From contig JAQGDQ010000233.1 in the NCBI GenBank assembly GCA_030141605.1, positions 62,001 to 126,000 of the forward strand: 64,000 nt of DNA, in the 5' to 3' direction. Positions 1 through 13,900 of this stretch are shown piece by piece. Position 1 is the first letter of the stretch. Each line of letters starts with the position of its first letter. Source of the DNA: Tubiluchus corallicola (lineage: Eukaryota; Animalia; Priapulida). The notes beneath the pieces are model-generated. The model was not told where the DNA came from. It saw nothing but the letters and a program-made list of their open reading frames with translations, and did not search any database. The translations under genes and the position numbers were made by a program.

Positions 1-149
1 TGGTGCTGCAAAATGTGATGATAGATATATTTCCAAATTTTTCAACATAAAAAAATGAGGAAAAGAAAGGAGGAAGTATAGATGCCTTAGAAAGACTTGT
101 CTGTGAAATGGGTAAAAGTTTTAAAAGATTTGCAGACATTAATGATGGT

Positions 150-400
150 GTGGGAATGGAATGGTTGGCTAATAGGAGCAGTGTACTTAGGTGTTAATGA
201 CATGGATAATCTTCAGAAAGCATTGAGGTTCGTGAACTGGCTGTTAAATTTCAACACTGAGAAATGTAAAGCTATGACTATTACAAGTAGTAAAAAAGAC
301 AATCCTGCTGGTGAGAATAAGTTGATTTATGATAGAGATTGCAAGCAGATTCCATGGGTGGCATTCGAAAGGGACAGACTGCTAATATGATAGATTTAAC
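150..400 (+). mobile_element. Degenerate non-LTR retrotransposon (CR1-like) RT fragment
   Basis: Translation DMDNLQKAL...NWLLNFNTEKCKAMTI resembles the LQxDL..W...WLLxFNxxKCKVM motif that follows YADD in CR1-group RTs. Boundaries are approximate. Confidence 0.55.
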
Positions 401-559
401 AGTGTTAGAGAGATGGGTGTAGAAAAAAACTTTCATAGAATTTTGGAAGGAATGGTATTCATAATCTGAAATTTAGTTGTCATGGAGGGGAGTAAAATGC
501 AAAAAGATTAAAGTTACAACAGGTGCCAAAGAAAGTGATTCATCTAGTGTACATAGTCT

Positions 560-1790
560 ATATATTTATATATATATATATATATGTACATGAATTATAT
601 ATTACATTGTTCTAATGCAGGTTTTTTCATTTATATGAAGGGTTAGTTATCAACGTTTTGGCCTTCGTTGATGTCTTCCCTTCAATTATTCTTTTTCGCT
701 AATGAGGAGCAAGGCATGAATAATTTCCTGAAATTAGCTGAAGATGTATGACATGAGGTTTGGCCCAACTAAGTGTGTACTTTTATTGTCAGTAGGTGAT
801 GAGATTCCCATTGGAAAATAAAAGGTTTTTATTGGGTGGTTTTAGAGTAAAATAACAGAAATATTTAGGCCTGCTACTTAGAGAAAGTGAAAATGAAGAT
901 AACTGGAAAGAAAGGATTCCAGATTTCAGGAAACTATTGGAGTGTTAGTGTACATGGCTATGTCTTCATATTCAAGGAGAGTAGTGGGCAGTACTGGATG
1001 GAAATATGCAAATGTGCCCAAGGTAATGTTTGGTTGTGTTAGTAGGATATTTTACCAGAAAGAGGTAAACTTTTATGATGGTGTGCAGGATGAATTTGCA
1101 AGGTGGATTTTGAAAACAAAAGCGTATGGCGGAGCTGTTGTGAGAAGAGAGCGTGGAGAGAGAGAGAACCAAAAGCGCATTTAACGTTTTTGAATAGAAT
1201 TATATTTATGGGTAAATACCGACTGGTTAAAGGGTAATATCTTTTGCAGTGTGCAGCAGGCAAGGAGCTAAGTGGGTTAGAAGAATAATGCTTTCAGTAA
1301 ATAAAATTAGTATAGAAACCTTTGGAAACATTTTGGCACAAGGAGAACTTTCGTAGGATGGATTGAAAAAAAATGAATGATGTAAATCTTAGTGAAAAAA
1401 GTTGGAACTAGCTAATTGAACAAAAACTGATAAAAAAATGGTTTACAACTATGGCAGAAAGCACTTGAAGCATGTTTTACAGCTAGTAGGTATTTGAATG
1501 ACAGAGCACAACCTTATTTTGAAAGCTGGATGAATGATGGGCATAATACTAAGCTCCTGGTGAAATCCAAAATTGGAACTTTTGAAAAATTGGAAATTTG
1601 TTATTTAAATGGAAGATAGCTGAAGGTAAAAGATTTTGTATGTATGGAAAGCTCGAAAAATTTTCAGCATATTTATTTTACTGTACTGTTCTTATTGTGA
1701 AAATAATCATCAGAAACATGGTTGTTTAGGAAGGATTTTTAGATGAATATCGTATGAGCTGGTTGTTACTCCAAAATATTTATTGTGAAA
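560..1790 (-). mobile_element. Possible heavily decayed LINE 3' portion ending in a (TA)n tract
   Basis: Purine-skewed block with broken, weakly ORF2-like minus-strand frames, ending at the TA microsatellite near 560-585. No intact motif was recognised. Confidence 0.35.
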
Positions 1791-2211
1791 AATTGCTTCT
1801 TAGTGATATAATGAAGAAATGTCATTAGGTAGGAATTTCAAGTTTTGTCTAAGTTTTTCTTTTATTTTGTTTTCAGCTGAGTGGCAGTTTTGGCTGTTGA
1901 CCTTGATACAAAAGGATGCAAACTGAAGTAAACTTTTTCTTGAAGATCTCAGTGTGTTGCTGTTAATTACTTCTGGTAGTTTATTCTCTGGTGTTAAAGC
2001 ATTACATGAGTTGAAATTATTTAGATACTGGTCCTTTCTGTCCCTTATCCTGCCTCACTGGATGTCTGAAATTTTTATAGTGAAGTTAAATGAGGCAATA
2101 TTGGATCCGGGTTATGTTAAATTGCAATTAGTATGTAATAATAAACATATGTATTATTGTTAACTACTTATTAATACTTAACTTTTTTGCAGGGCGTCAT
2201 AATATTAGAAA

Positions 2212-5200
2212 ATGCTACTGAAGTCAGGCGGTATTATCCAGTGTGACTGGCATCGCAGTCTTGAAGGTCGAGAAGCTTTGCTGTCCATTTTGCATCGAAA
2301 CATGCACCATCGGAAACTTTTTGGTAAGATAACAGGATTGCAAAATTACAAAACACAGTCCTCTTTTTGATAAATAATTGGTTTTGATACGAAAAAAAGG
2401 AAAAATTTCTCAGGCATTATTTGCCTCCAGACCCCTGCCAGAAGCAAGATGATCTGCCGTCAACCCGATATATATCATCAGCAATAAATTAAAAATGTCA
2501 CACTAAAAAACCGAACTGCTTTTTCTACTTATCAGTTCTAATAATATCGTATTTATCATTCCATGTATTGTAATTATCACATATTTTTTGTCGATCATAA
2601 GCTAATTTTGCTTTATTCTGATTGCCCTTTAGTTTATTTGCCTAAACAAAAAATATGCTCTCTATTTCCAAATCTGTGATTATCAAATATTTATTTAATT
2701 CTTAGACCACATTTTTAGCAGACAAAAGCTTACACTCAAATTTATTTTTAACAGGATTGTTGGAATCACCATTACTAGCAACACATCTCAAAGCTACAAC
2801 AGTGCAGTACAAGGTATTTGTTTCTGGACGTACTGGCATAGGAAAAACAAGTCTACTTGCTAAACTGTCGGGAAATGCAGTCCCATCTTCTCACTGTGAA
2901 ACACCAGGTTAGTTAAATTGGCCGCAGTTATATACTGTTCTATTAACTTCTTAACAGGTAGTTGCTGTTAGCATATATATATATAAAAGTAGAAAATATA
3001 TAACATATAAAATATAAATTTTTCATATTTTATAGTTGGCTGTAATGTTGAGCACTTATGACATTATTTAACTATTACAGTTTCAGCCATGTTATAATTT
3101 TTAGCATTCTTCTTTTTTCACTATAGGATATGCTTTTTTGTAGGTATTAACACGCAAGTTGTTTACTGGCCGACCAAACTTGTCGAAAATGGTGCTGTCA
3201 TTCTTTTTAAGCTTCATTTTTGGGATGCAGGTGAAGCATCATTAAAGAAGTTTGACCATATACTGCCGGTAATTCATGTTCCACTTAACGATGCCCTGCT
3301 TAGCAATGTTTCATTTTAAAGATGCCATTCTTTTCACACTTTTTTCACTTAACGTCACCATGTTTTGTTTTAATGATGATTTTTTTAGCCTTTTTTAAGC
3401 ACTAAGTCTTGTTTACGCTCAGGTTTGTTTATTCTTGTTTAAATCTCATACTCTGTAAACAAAGCCCACTACTTAACCCAGATCACCCTATGGTTATTAC
3501 TTGGGTAGTACTTTGCCCAACTAAACTGAGCAGACAAAAGTGTAGCAACTTTTTGTACTAGAAATGGGACAGACGGCTAAGAACATTTACCTACCCAATT
3601 TTTCTTAGTGCATAGAGAATCCTGTTCAACATAAATTTTCACAGCAATTTGACACCATTATATTGCTTATTTTTCCTTATTCATCTGTTTAGTTTTTTTC
3701 TACCTAATCTGTACTTAACAGTAAATTTCTCATTCAAGAAGTCATTTTCATGAAACTCTCAAACGACACTATTGTTATATACGTTCTTATATATGCTGTC
3801 AGTACACACGTGTTGCATGGCTGGTAAGTAATTGTATCCATCTGCATCAGAAGAAGTGAATGTAACAGAGCTTTTACTAAGAAAAAATAAATCTCCTTGT
3901 TGAATAAAAAGTGAATATAAGAGAGCTTTTTATAAGCAAAAATCAATGTGCTTGTTGAATTTTGTGTAAAAATATTAGTCAAATATACTTGTATTTCCTT
4001 TTATCCTTTCGTATTTTTGCCTTTTGAAATAGCATATTCGGTGCACAAGTAAGCAGAGCGGTTAGATCTTGAATGTGTGGACGAGAATCTCATTAATGTG
4101 ATAGCATCCTGGTAGTAATATGCAAGTGAAAACTTTTGCAATTTAGATTTAAATGCTTCTTGGACAACCAGATTAAGTTAAACTGTGTTGCAAGCATTAC
4201 AGTTTTTGGTAAGTGGGGCTTCGCAAACTGTGTACGTCGACTAAGAAAAGATATCACGTTTCATTTAATACTTTGCCATAATAAAGATGGCAATTTTGGT
4301 TTGCTGGCTATGGGGACTGGACCGGTATACAGACGTCTTCTGCCTGTCCTCTGGCAGATTTGGTGGAATTTCCAGGAGAACTGGTGTTGAATTTACACCC
4401 TATATTCTATAGTAAGCTAAGTACATTTTTTGCGTGTAATCTTGTGCAATGGCTACCAACAAACATGAACTGGTGTCTATTGAATGAAAATTATTGAAAT
4501 AGTTTACTTTTCTGGTGACTTATAATGTTAACATTGTAAACATAATGTTAACATAAGTAATAAACAAAAATGAAAAAGTTTGCCGAATATTCAGGTGTAT
4601 CGTGATACGTATCGTATTGTGACTTGGGTGGGGCGTTGCAGCCCTACATCAATCATTTATCCATTTATTGACTAGATGTTTCTAACTGTGGTTGCTATTA
4701 GTACATGCCATGACTGCTATTTCCTCGCCTCTAATCTAATCAATGTGCTTTGCATAACGAAATTTGGTAATCGTCTAAAAATCAATTTTTTTACAAACAC
4801 TGATTTAAATGAAAGAGCAGGCCACATTAAGTTATGAAATTAAATCTTGAAAAGGACGATGCTAGTTCCTAATACCATCATGTAACTCAGAGCTGATTCA
4901 AAATTGTAATGGTGCCTTAGATGGCCCAAACCCTAGAGTAGCTTAACTTATTATCCTCTATTTTCAAGCAAATTTTGTGACATGATTAATTGATTATTTC
5001 CTCTGGAAAATTTCTCAAGGCTTGCAAGGAAAATTCAGACGCTGTTCTTTTTCTGTTTTCTTTCACTGACCGAGCCAGTTTTGATGAACTGCCACGACAC
5101 ATGTCTCGCATTTTGGAACAGACGGATAATGCTTGCCGTATTGTAATCGGAACTAAGTAAGTTCAGCACAGAAGTATGTTTACAAAATTGGCTGCATTTA

Positions 5201-6839
5201 ATTTAATTGAATTATAGAATTTTGCCAGCTAAGTCTGATTTTTGTGACCAAAACAGGTGGAAGTAATTTGCTTGATATAAGAACATTCTGTTGTAGCAAC
5301 TTGAATGCTGTCAAGCATCCCATATGCAGCATGACTGCAGTACTGCTGAAAAAGAAATAACTTCATCTCTTGCTGTTTGACTGCTAATTTAAGTTTGTAT
5401 TTTATCACAGCAATAGCTCTGTATAAAATGGAAATTTTTTTCATGTTATGCATATGTCACATATTCATAGTAGTTTGGTTCAGAAGGACACGTTTGTGAC
5501 AGTTATATCTGTGCATTTAGCTATTACTGTGGTTTACATGCTTTAGTCAATCTATTTTACTGTTTGCTATCTCTAGTAAAATAGAATCTAACATCGAACC
5601 TCAGTATCACCTAGCCTAGAAGACCACCCCCATTTATAACTGCATACATCCGATAATGCGCTGCACTGAAAATTCTAAATTTACATGTAATATCAGCCAG
5701 AGCTTTTTATTTCTCTTTGCTAATAACTTCATTAATTTGACTGATTGATGACTTTTCAATATTGTTTCGTGAGACAATACAACATTCAGTGTTGTGCCTA
5801 CATTTTATTACTTTTTCAGTGTAGGTCATTAACTGGGCTTTTTGTTAAACTCTTTTACATGGTAATGAATCCTGTTGGCCCTGGAAAAGTTTTTTTGCCA
5901 GATTGACAATAAAAATAACTTGTTTATTATGAAGCATTTTGGACGGTCTACTTAGTGCATTCCAATACTATTTAAACTTGTCAGACTTTTGCTGCCTAAC
6001 AACAACCTCTTCCTAGAGGCAAAATGTGATCCTGATTCTCATTTATAAAGCCGTTAGGCTGCTGTTAAGCATGGATCAACCTTGTAAATGTTCCTCACTG
6101 TTCTCTTAGGTATGACGAAATCTTTCACAGTGATGTTACTCACCAGGAGCTGAGAGAATTTGAACTGCAATGGAAAATTCCTGTGCTCAAAGTCAGCAAT
6201 GTTACAAACTATGATAGAGTAGAGGTTCGTTTCACCTTTTTTTTTACATAAAATTCTAGTAAAATTGACCATTCATCCTTGCAAGGCCTTGCTTGGGAAC
6301 AACCTTAGTCATTCTTGTGATTAGTTCTGTTGTTTAATTCCAAATCACTTTCAAGATGACAAAGTCATGACAATCTGCAAAGCTTTCTAAATTTACATTA
6401 CAGCACATAATTAAACTTCCATAGTTTTAGTTGTCAGCATTGCGTAATTTGACAAAGTCCACGCCGCATATTTGATTAAAATGCGTAAGTTTATATCAGT
6501 TGACCTAATCAATGTATACTGAATTTTTTAAAATATATTGTTCTAATTCAGTACAAAATCCACAGTACATGTAATCATGTGGTGAATGATCAAATAGCAT
6601 TAATAGTGTTTGTCATTATTGTCGACAACCACGTCAAGTGCCTTTGCCATTCCTGCTATTATTTTCGCAGTGGTATCTAGCTAAATGCTGCATATTTCCA
6701 GGTTCATACTCAAGTAAATGAAGTGGGACCATTATTAAACACGATATGTGAGTACCTGTGGCACCGGGATCAGCTGGCAGCGGGAGTTGCACCACCAAAT
6801 GTACATCAAGATGAGGATGAAAATGTACTCTATTTTTAA
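2212..6839 (+). CDS. CPLANE2: Ciliogenesis and planar polarity effector 2 (RSG1-type small GTPase), 6 coding exons, 259 aa
   Basis: Exons 2212-2323, 2755-2907, 3144-3268, 5020-5156, 6110-6224, 6702-6839 are all GT-AG, phase-consistent and total 780 nt. Translation includes WHRSLEGRE, FGLLESPLL, P-loop YKVFVSGRTGIGKT, VVYWPTKL, FWDAGEASLKKFDHILPAC, FLFSFTDRASF and LWHRDQLAAG, matching remembered human RSG1. An acceptor at 2192 implies an upstream non-coding exon. Confidence 0.95.
4590..4646. mobile_element. Terminal fragment of a hAT-Ac-like MITE
   Basis: GTATCGTGATACGTATCGTATTG...GTTGCAGCCCTA (reverse complement TAGGGCTGCAAC) resembles a hAT-type end with subterminal repeats. The partner end was not found. 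Confidence 0.45.
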
Positions 6840-9800
6840 CAGCCAGATAGTATTGTGCATCTCTGTACTGTGTAGACTACAAACAGAAATGGTGCATCAA
6901 GGATTTTGAATTTTGTTAGTACTAAGGAACCGAACAGTGGTTGCAATGGACCAGTGAGTTAGAGGGCCCTTGTTCATGAAGAGCCACCACCAAGGGTGCC
7001 GTTTAGTAATTGCCAGACATTTTTGCTAGCATAAAATAAAAAAAGCAAGTTGTGACAGTTTCATAACTGACTTTAAAAATGCACTCGTAGGTAATTAAGC
7101 GAGCGACAGCTCTGTCTTGCAGTGGGCCCCAAAATTATAATTTTGCTACTGGAGTCGAAATACCATAGGTCATACAAGCAGGCTAAAATTACCTAAATAG
7201 TATTGCTAATTTCATTATGCCACACAAACGATGACAAAAACTACAGATAGTGTAAATCAAGCAGGTAGCCCTAATCTGTTGTAGTGGAGCACAGAGAGGC
7301 TGTGCTTACAAGCTCAGTGGAGCACCTGATTTTGCCCGAGTGCATACTGTAAAGCACTTGGTTTACCTATCTCATATTAGTAATCACGTGATGGTTAGAT
7401 TTATTACGTTTTTTGTTATTATATTGTTTTTCTACAGTTTTCAGAATATTCTGATTATGGAGATCAGTTTGCAGGCATGCAATTGCGCTTGTATAACTTT
7501 GCTTTTGTATGATCATTTTCTTTTTTGGAAAGGATGTGCAGCTGTGCACTTTACTTTTTGGTTTCAGCTGAAGTGCATCTTACTATATATAGTTTGTAAA
7601 TTATACATTTGCTATTTTAAAAATTATATAACGTGTAATTTAAATTTCATTAAATACAAACAAACACAATTCAAAACTATTTTTGTATTCTGGCACTTCA
7701 TATATTCAGGAAAATAAACTAATGATTTTTTTTTGAACAAACGGTGAAAATTATCAATAACAGTCACGAAAAATTACAAGATAACTTTTATGACAAACAG
7801 TATTTTACACAGTGTTAATAGTGGACCACTACTGATTACTAACACAATTGGAATGTAGATATATTACATTTAGGAACAATGAATCTTAAAGCCTACGATA
7901 CACCAAAGCATCAGTGTCTGGAAGCGAGAAGGAGCATATACATTGTCAATGCGTGGCGAAACCAAAGATTTTGGCAGCGGACGCTGGAAGCTCTTCCTAT
8001 TTTTGAGCATCTGGTGTCCAGTGTCTGTTCCTCAGTCAATTAATGATGACAGGGCCTTCAAATTACAATACAAATAATTGAAATAAATAACGTAAAAAAA
8101 CATTGAAATGAAATTTGATATTGTCCGTTTTGTTTTTCTGCAAAGAAGATAGATACCCAGCAAACGCTAGAAGCCAGGGCCAGGTACTGGATGCTGGAAG
8201 CCAGGCACTGGCCACTTTGGTGAATCATAATAGGCTTAAGATTTCTATACAAGTGTAACTATTATGGCATCATTGCATATCATGTTGCAAGTTATGTGCA
8301 CTGAGATAAAAAACACTTTACAATGATATCAAGTCTGGGTCACTGTAAACATATTCCTCCATACCTGAGCAACTAAGTCTTAGGATATTACAATACTTAA
8401 AATGCATTACTATGGCATTATGGGAACACTGCTAATACATTTAAGCTTATGATGTGCAGTAAGAGCAAAATCCACTTCTAGTATCCTGCCGGATGTAATT
8501 TCACCTGCCATAACTTTGCAAGCTCTCACTGGGCTTCTGGTATTGGAACAATTGGTTCTAATTGTATTTGTCGTTCTTTTATCATCGATTAGCAGTTACA
8601 AAGTCATTGGAGATAAGGTTGCACATCAACCCAAAAACCTTGGTGCTAAAAACATCTTTGTCTTAAAAACATATTTTGATGCTAAAAGGCACAGAAACAT
8701 ACAGCTGATTTGGGATGGCATTGCAATAGATGACGCTCACAATTGTTAATGAGACTAGGAAAAAATGGGTCTACTTATACGCTCATTTCCAAGTGTTCAT
8801 CCAAAAACTGTTGAAGTTTTATAGTGTCATCAAACAAGGAAACAAAATTGACAGAACTAGTAATAAATCATAAATGATCTACTGTGCATAACATATTATG
8901 ATGATAGCTATTATCAAATTTTAAAATATTTAATGCTGGCCGAAATCTTTTACAGACAAAATGCGAAGAAACAATCCCAAAGTCAACCTACTGAGTGGGG
9001 TGGAAAGTCTTTTATTGTTTTTGTTAACACCAATATTACCACTGTTCATTTGTTCATTTAAATTATTTGAGAAAAAATTTTCAAGGCTTCACATGAAGAA
9101 GATATAGTGCCATAGCACTGGAATTTTTGCAACAAATTTTCCTTTACACATTACCAGATAATAGGAAAACTTTCATGTTGATCTGCAGCAAAACAGTACA
9201 TAATAAACAAACATATCAGAAGTGACAGTCAACAAACCAAACAAAATGTAATAACAATATGCCAGGCATTAATTTCATACCATATATACAAATATTTAGC
9301 ATTGTTGGAACTCTCTGGCAAATATAACAAGGATGCATAGTGAACTCAAAGAAAAAATACCTAATGTACAAGCGTAACACAAGAGGCATCATCTATGCAA
9401 TATAGAACAACAATAATCAATGTGATAAATAAAAAATCTGGTTAACCAGTTCATAGTTCAGTTCATCTTATGTGGTAGTTGTTCAAGTGTCGGCTGTACT
9501 AAAAATGTACTTCTAACAAGAATTCTAATGGCGTTCACTAAATTTACATTATCGACATTAGAAAAAAAAAACAAAATTTCTCATTTTTAAGCACTGGTGC
9601 ATAAGCAACGTCTCTGAACTACTGTGGCACAATTTTTAGAGCTTCCACTTCTTATATTAGAGCCTAGTGAATTTGTAGTGTTTACCAACTGATGCGCACC
9701 TGTGAAGATCTTTCCCTGGCAAAGTTTTACACTGCTATTCTTCACAGCTTCACTGTTATTTACAATATAAATGTCATAAGAATAAGAATAATAGCTGCTG

Positions 9801-10933
9801 GCATAAGTTCATAATAATTTGTATTTTATGCGGAACGCTAAAGTCTTGCAAAACAGCATGAGGTGAAATAACATTTACAGCGGAAGATCCTCAGCATATA
9901 GGCGCACGGTCAAGTAATTAAAACAGCACTTTCAAAACATATATAGATATATGTACATAACGTTCCCGACAACAACTGATAAAACATATGACTATTACAA
10001 ACTTTGAAATTAACATTTCACATCCTCTTATTCAAGAACATAAGTAACAAGTGCATCATTGTCTTATGTATCTGCACATGTAAGACTATCAATACAAAAC
10101 ACATGAGTACAGTTAGGCGAATTGTTTGTAAGATTTATGATAGTTCCAAATTTATTTGACTGTTGTCTTTTTAGTTCCGTTAATTTGTTAATTAAAATCA
10201 TTCTTACTATTGCTAGTGCCAGGCTTATTACATTCTATCAGATTATCACACAATCGAAAATAGTCTTAGCTGCCATGTCAAATAAATAGAAAAGTTGGCC
10301 AGGAATATAATTTGACTCAAGTCATTTCATAATTAAAAGTCGTATGTTAACAGAATGAATTTATTACATTTGATTTTCTTCATCAATTAATGTTGGTATT
10401 TTGCTCAGGATAAAATCTATTAAAAAGTTTCAAGACATTTTGGCATGACAGCAACATTCCATCATCAGTTGATAGCTTGTAAGTACACAACAAAATATAA
10501 AAATTGTACTTAAAGGAAATCATAACAGATTCCAAAACACAAAAACATCAAATAAAATTTAGCAAAGTGTTATTAACAAATTACAATAGTATAACGAGAT
10601 TTTAGCTCAAAATAAGTAGAAACTAAATGACTTGCTAGAAGTCAAATACATCTTTTACTAGATTTTGTTAGATACTTTTTTATCTTACAATCTACACAAT
10701 CTTACAATCCTTTAAACACAATTAATATAGTTTGTACTGTGATTACAGCTTATCAACTAATGACAAATCATCGTCATTCCGAAAAAACACGAACTTTTCA
10801 ATAAAAAATTAATTTTTTCCAAGGCATAAATATGAATTAAAAATTTAATTATAAAAAGTTTGAAAGGTAGATGTGTATATTCATTCTTATACACACTCAT
10901 TAAGACTCACATAATTCTATAATCTACAACATA

Positions 10934-13900
10934 TTATTTATCTAGATACCAATCAACTCTATCCCAATTCAGAGCACTAAGGTCAGTAGGTGTATTTATA
11001 CTACTAAAATCTATTCCATCAAAATTCATATCACCAAGCAATTCAAAATTAAAGTCTTGAGCAACATCAGCAGAATTAGTATCACTGCAATTCAATGTGG
11101 CCAGCACTGGATCACCTTCATTTGAAGTAGAATTAACTACTGGTACAGCATTGGTATTTGGCATTACCACGTCTAACCAGTCTGAGATATCCATGCTATC
11201 CGAGGTCGATATGTTATTTGGTACATTTGGTACTGAAGCCATAGAACAGGAATCACTGGATTCACGCTTCATGTAGTCCAAGGCATCCAAACCCAACGAC
11301 TCGAAAAAATTTGTATCTGCTGTTTCTGATGGATACTGGTCGATCTTTAACTGGGAGTGAATGTCATTGTTGTTATTAAAGCCATGCGACAGATTATCTG
11401 TGACGTTACTAATTTGATCGTTTAACATTTGTTGCATGTCACCAGTCAATACAGCATTATCCATGGTCAATGGACTACTAGTTGGTATCACAGCGCTGGA
11501 AGGTTGGGTGTCGTACGTTAACACAGGTGCCATTGTAGTGGAAATGGTTGTTTTCGGTGTTGGTGGTGGTTCTTGCAAGGCACTTGCAGGCAATTCTGTA
11601 AAAAACAGCAATAATGTCACATCATAGGACCATGAATTTCTTCTAGTTATTAGTTTGAGTAGTGTTTGTTAACAGTGAAAATGAATTTTCTTTACAGAAT
11701 CTGTTTTCCATGCAATGTGTTTTTCTTCCTTTTCCTAAAATGGATTACTTCCTCTAGCTGCAAGTATGTTACCAAAGAAACACTTCCTTGATCTATTCAT
11801 GAAGGGTAATGTGTATAAAAAAAACTGTTCTAGTAGTATTAAAAAGGAGAGCATAGAAAAAAATGTGAAAGAAAACATTCGCCTACCTGGTGTGATAGCT
11901 CACAACATTCATGTTTACTTTGGTTTTGGAATTCAAAAGAATTTCCTTAATAGAAATAACTTTTTGGCTATATAGTTCCGGTTCACCTCTTAACCTTTAG
12001 AATTATCTCAATTTATGCATAAATATTCGTTAACAAGCACACTGCAACTACAATACTGGACATTGTGACTTCAAGAATGCATGAAAAGGCAACAGCTAAT
12101 TGCTACACCATTGATGACCTGGTCAACAATGCAACAGCCATAACAGCTTATACACCAGAAATTACACAACCAAATTTTTCCAACTTGATTTTTGAATTAG
12201 ATGCTTCATGAAAACCCCAGTCAGCATTCAGCATGGTTCTTGATTTGTTGGGTGAATTTCTGGAGTCATGTAACAAGGCTAAATTACTAATGACAGTGAT
12301 TTGACCTCATTTCCTGGTAACGCAAGCCTTAACATTCTTGTAATGTATTTTACCATAGCAATGCCCTACTGCTTGCAGCAGCAGCACCCACTAAATAGCA
12401 GTGCTTCACATAGCAAACTCCGAAACGAAAAGATATGCTGCCTTATCCTCTACATGCCCACTACAAATTCGCCTACAAATGCAGATCATCACAGGGCTCC
12501 ATTTGTTAACTATACAAAATAAGAACTGGACACTAATTATAGTTAAAAAGTTAACATAGATTAAGTTATACCTCTGGGGACCACAGTAATCGCTTAAAGG
12601 AAAACAAGATGACTTTTTTCATAACCTAATCTAATTTGAAGTACGGTGTTCCCTCAGTTATCGCGGGTGTTCCGTTCCAGGCCCACCCGCGATAAGTGAA
12701 TTTCCGCGAAGTAGGGACGCTATACTTATTTTATACTTGTACTGTAATCAACCAGTCATGTGTTGTGTGCAATCTCACGTCGGCAAGTAGCATCTCAAGC
12801 GGGCGCAAGTACTACATTTCGTTTTTGGTGTGCATTCATCCGCCAAATAAATACACTATTTACTGTAAATGGTAATTTTTTATGATTTATAATATTCTTT
12901 TAATGTTAAAATTAATATTTTGTAATATATTTTTATACATTGTGATTTTTTATGCAAAATTCATAAAATATATACATTACTGTACAATACGTACTACGCA
13001 TGTGCAAAAATACTTTAGATGGAGTACCGCAGAAACCCGCAAAACAGCAAAAATACCGCGATAAATATTTTACATTAATATTTTTGAAAACCTGTGAAAC
13101 AGCGAGTCCGCGATAAACGAACCGGGAAGTAGCGAGGGAACACTGTACACATTTTAACATCTATAATATTGCCAAAGAGTTTCTGATAATTAAGTAATAG
13201 ACTAAAAACTAAATTAATGGCCGGCCAGCTCAGTTAGTGATTACATCACAAATGAACATAATTTTCAACAGCATAACAGCGTGTTGCACATATTTTGAAA
13301 AGCAAGCATTGAAATACAGCAATGCTGTACAGCACTGACTATGATTTACACCAACACAGCAATTTTAAGTCTAAAAATTAAACTTTCAAGTTTACTGCTA
13401 TACTCACACGACCTCTCAAACAGTCTGCATCACAACAGAACCACATCTGAACTGAGAGGTACAGTGCCAGTTTTTTGTGCAGTACATTTCCGAGGAACAG
13501 GTACTAGAGCCCCTCTAACTACTCAAGCAAATGTGAAATTAGGCTCCGTAGTAATTCTTTCAGATAAATCATTCTTAAAAAAAATAACATGCTCCCTTTC
13601 ACTATTTTATAGTTAAGGCTTATAAAACCATTGTTATTTGATTAGTTCAAAAGAATTACTACTGCTTTGAAATTAATCAGTTTGAATAAGATTTAAATTT
13701 AATTCTTCACTTTATTTTATACTGTATTTGTCTAGCTGCAAAAACTATATGCACATTGTACTGTCAGTTTGAATAAACTAAACTAAACTAAAATTTATAA
13801 TAATTTTGAGGTAAATCCTTCATTACGCTAACTCAAGTAATCCTTCTACTTCAAATAACCCTATTATACAGTATGCATAGAAGCCCAAGAGAAAAGGGTT

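Noticed and set aside
7340-7717. 125-aa hydrophobic ORF
   Set aside because: Non-ATG start and F/I/L/Y/C bias typical of T-rich UTR sequence; it lies just downstream of the CPLANE2 stop.
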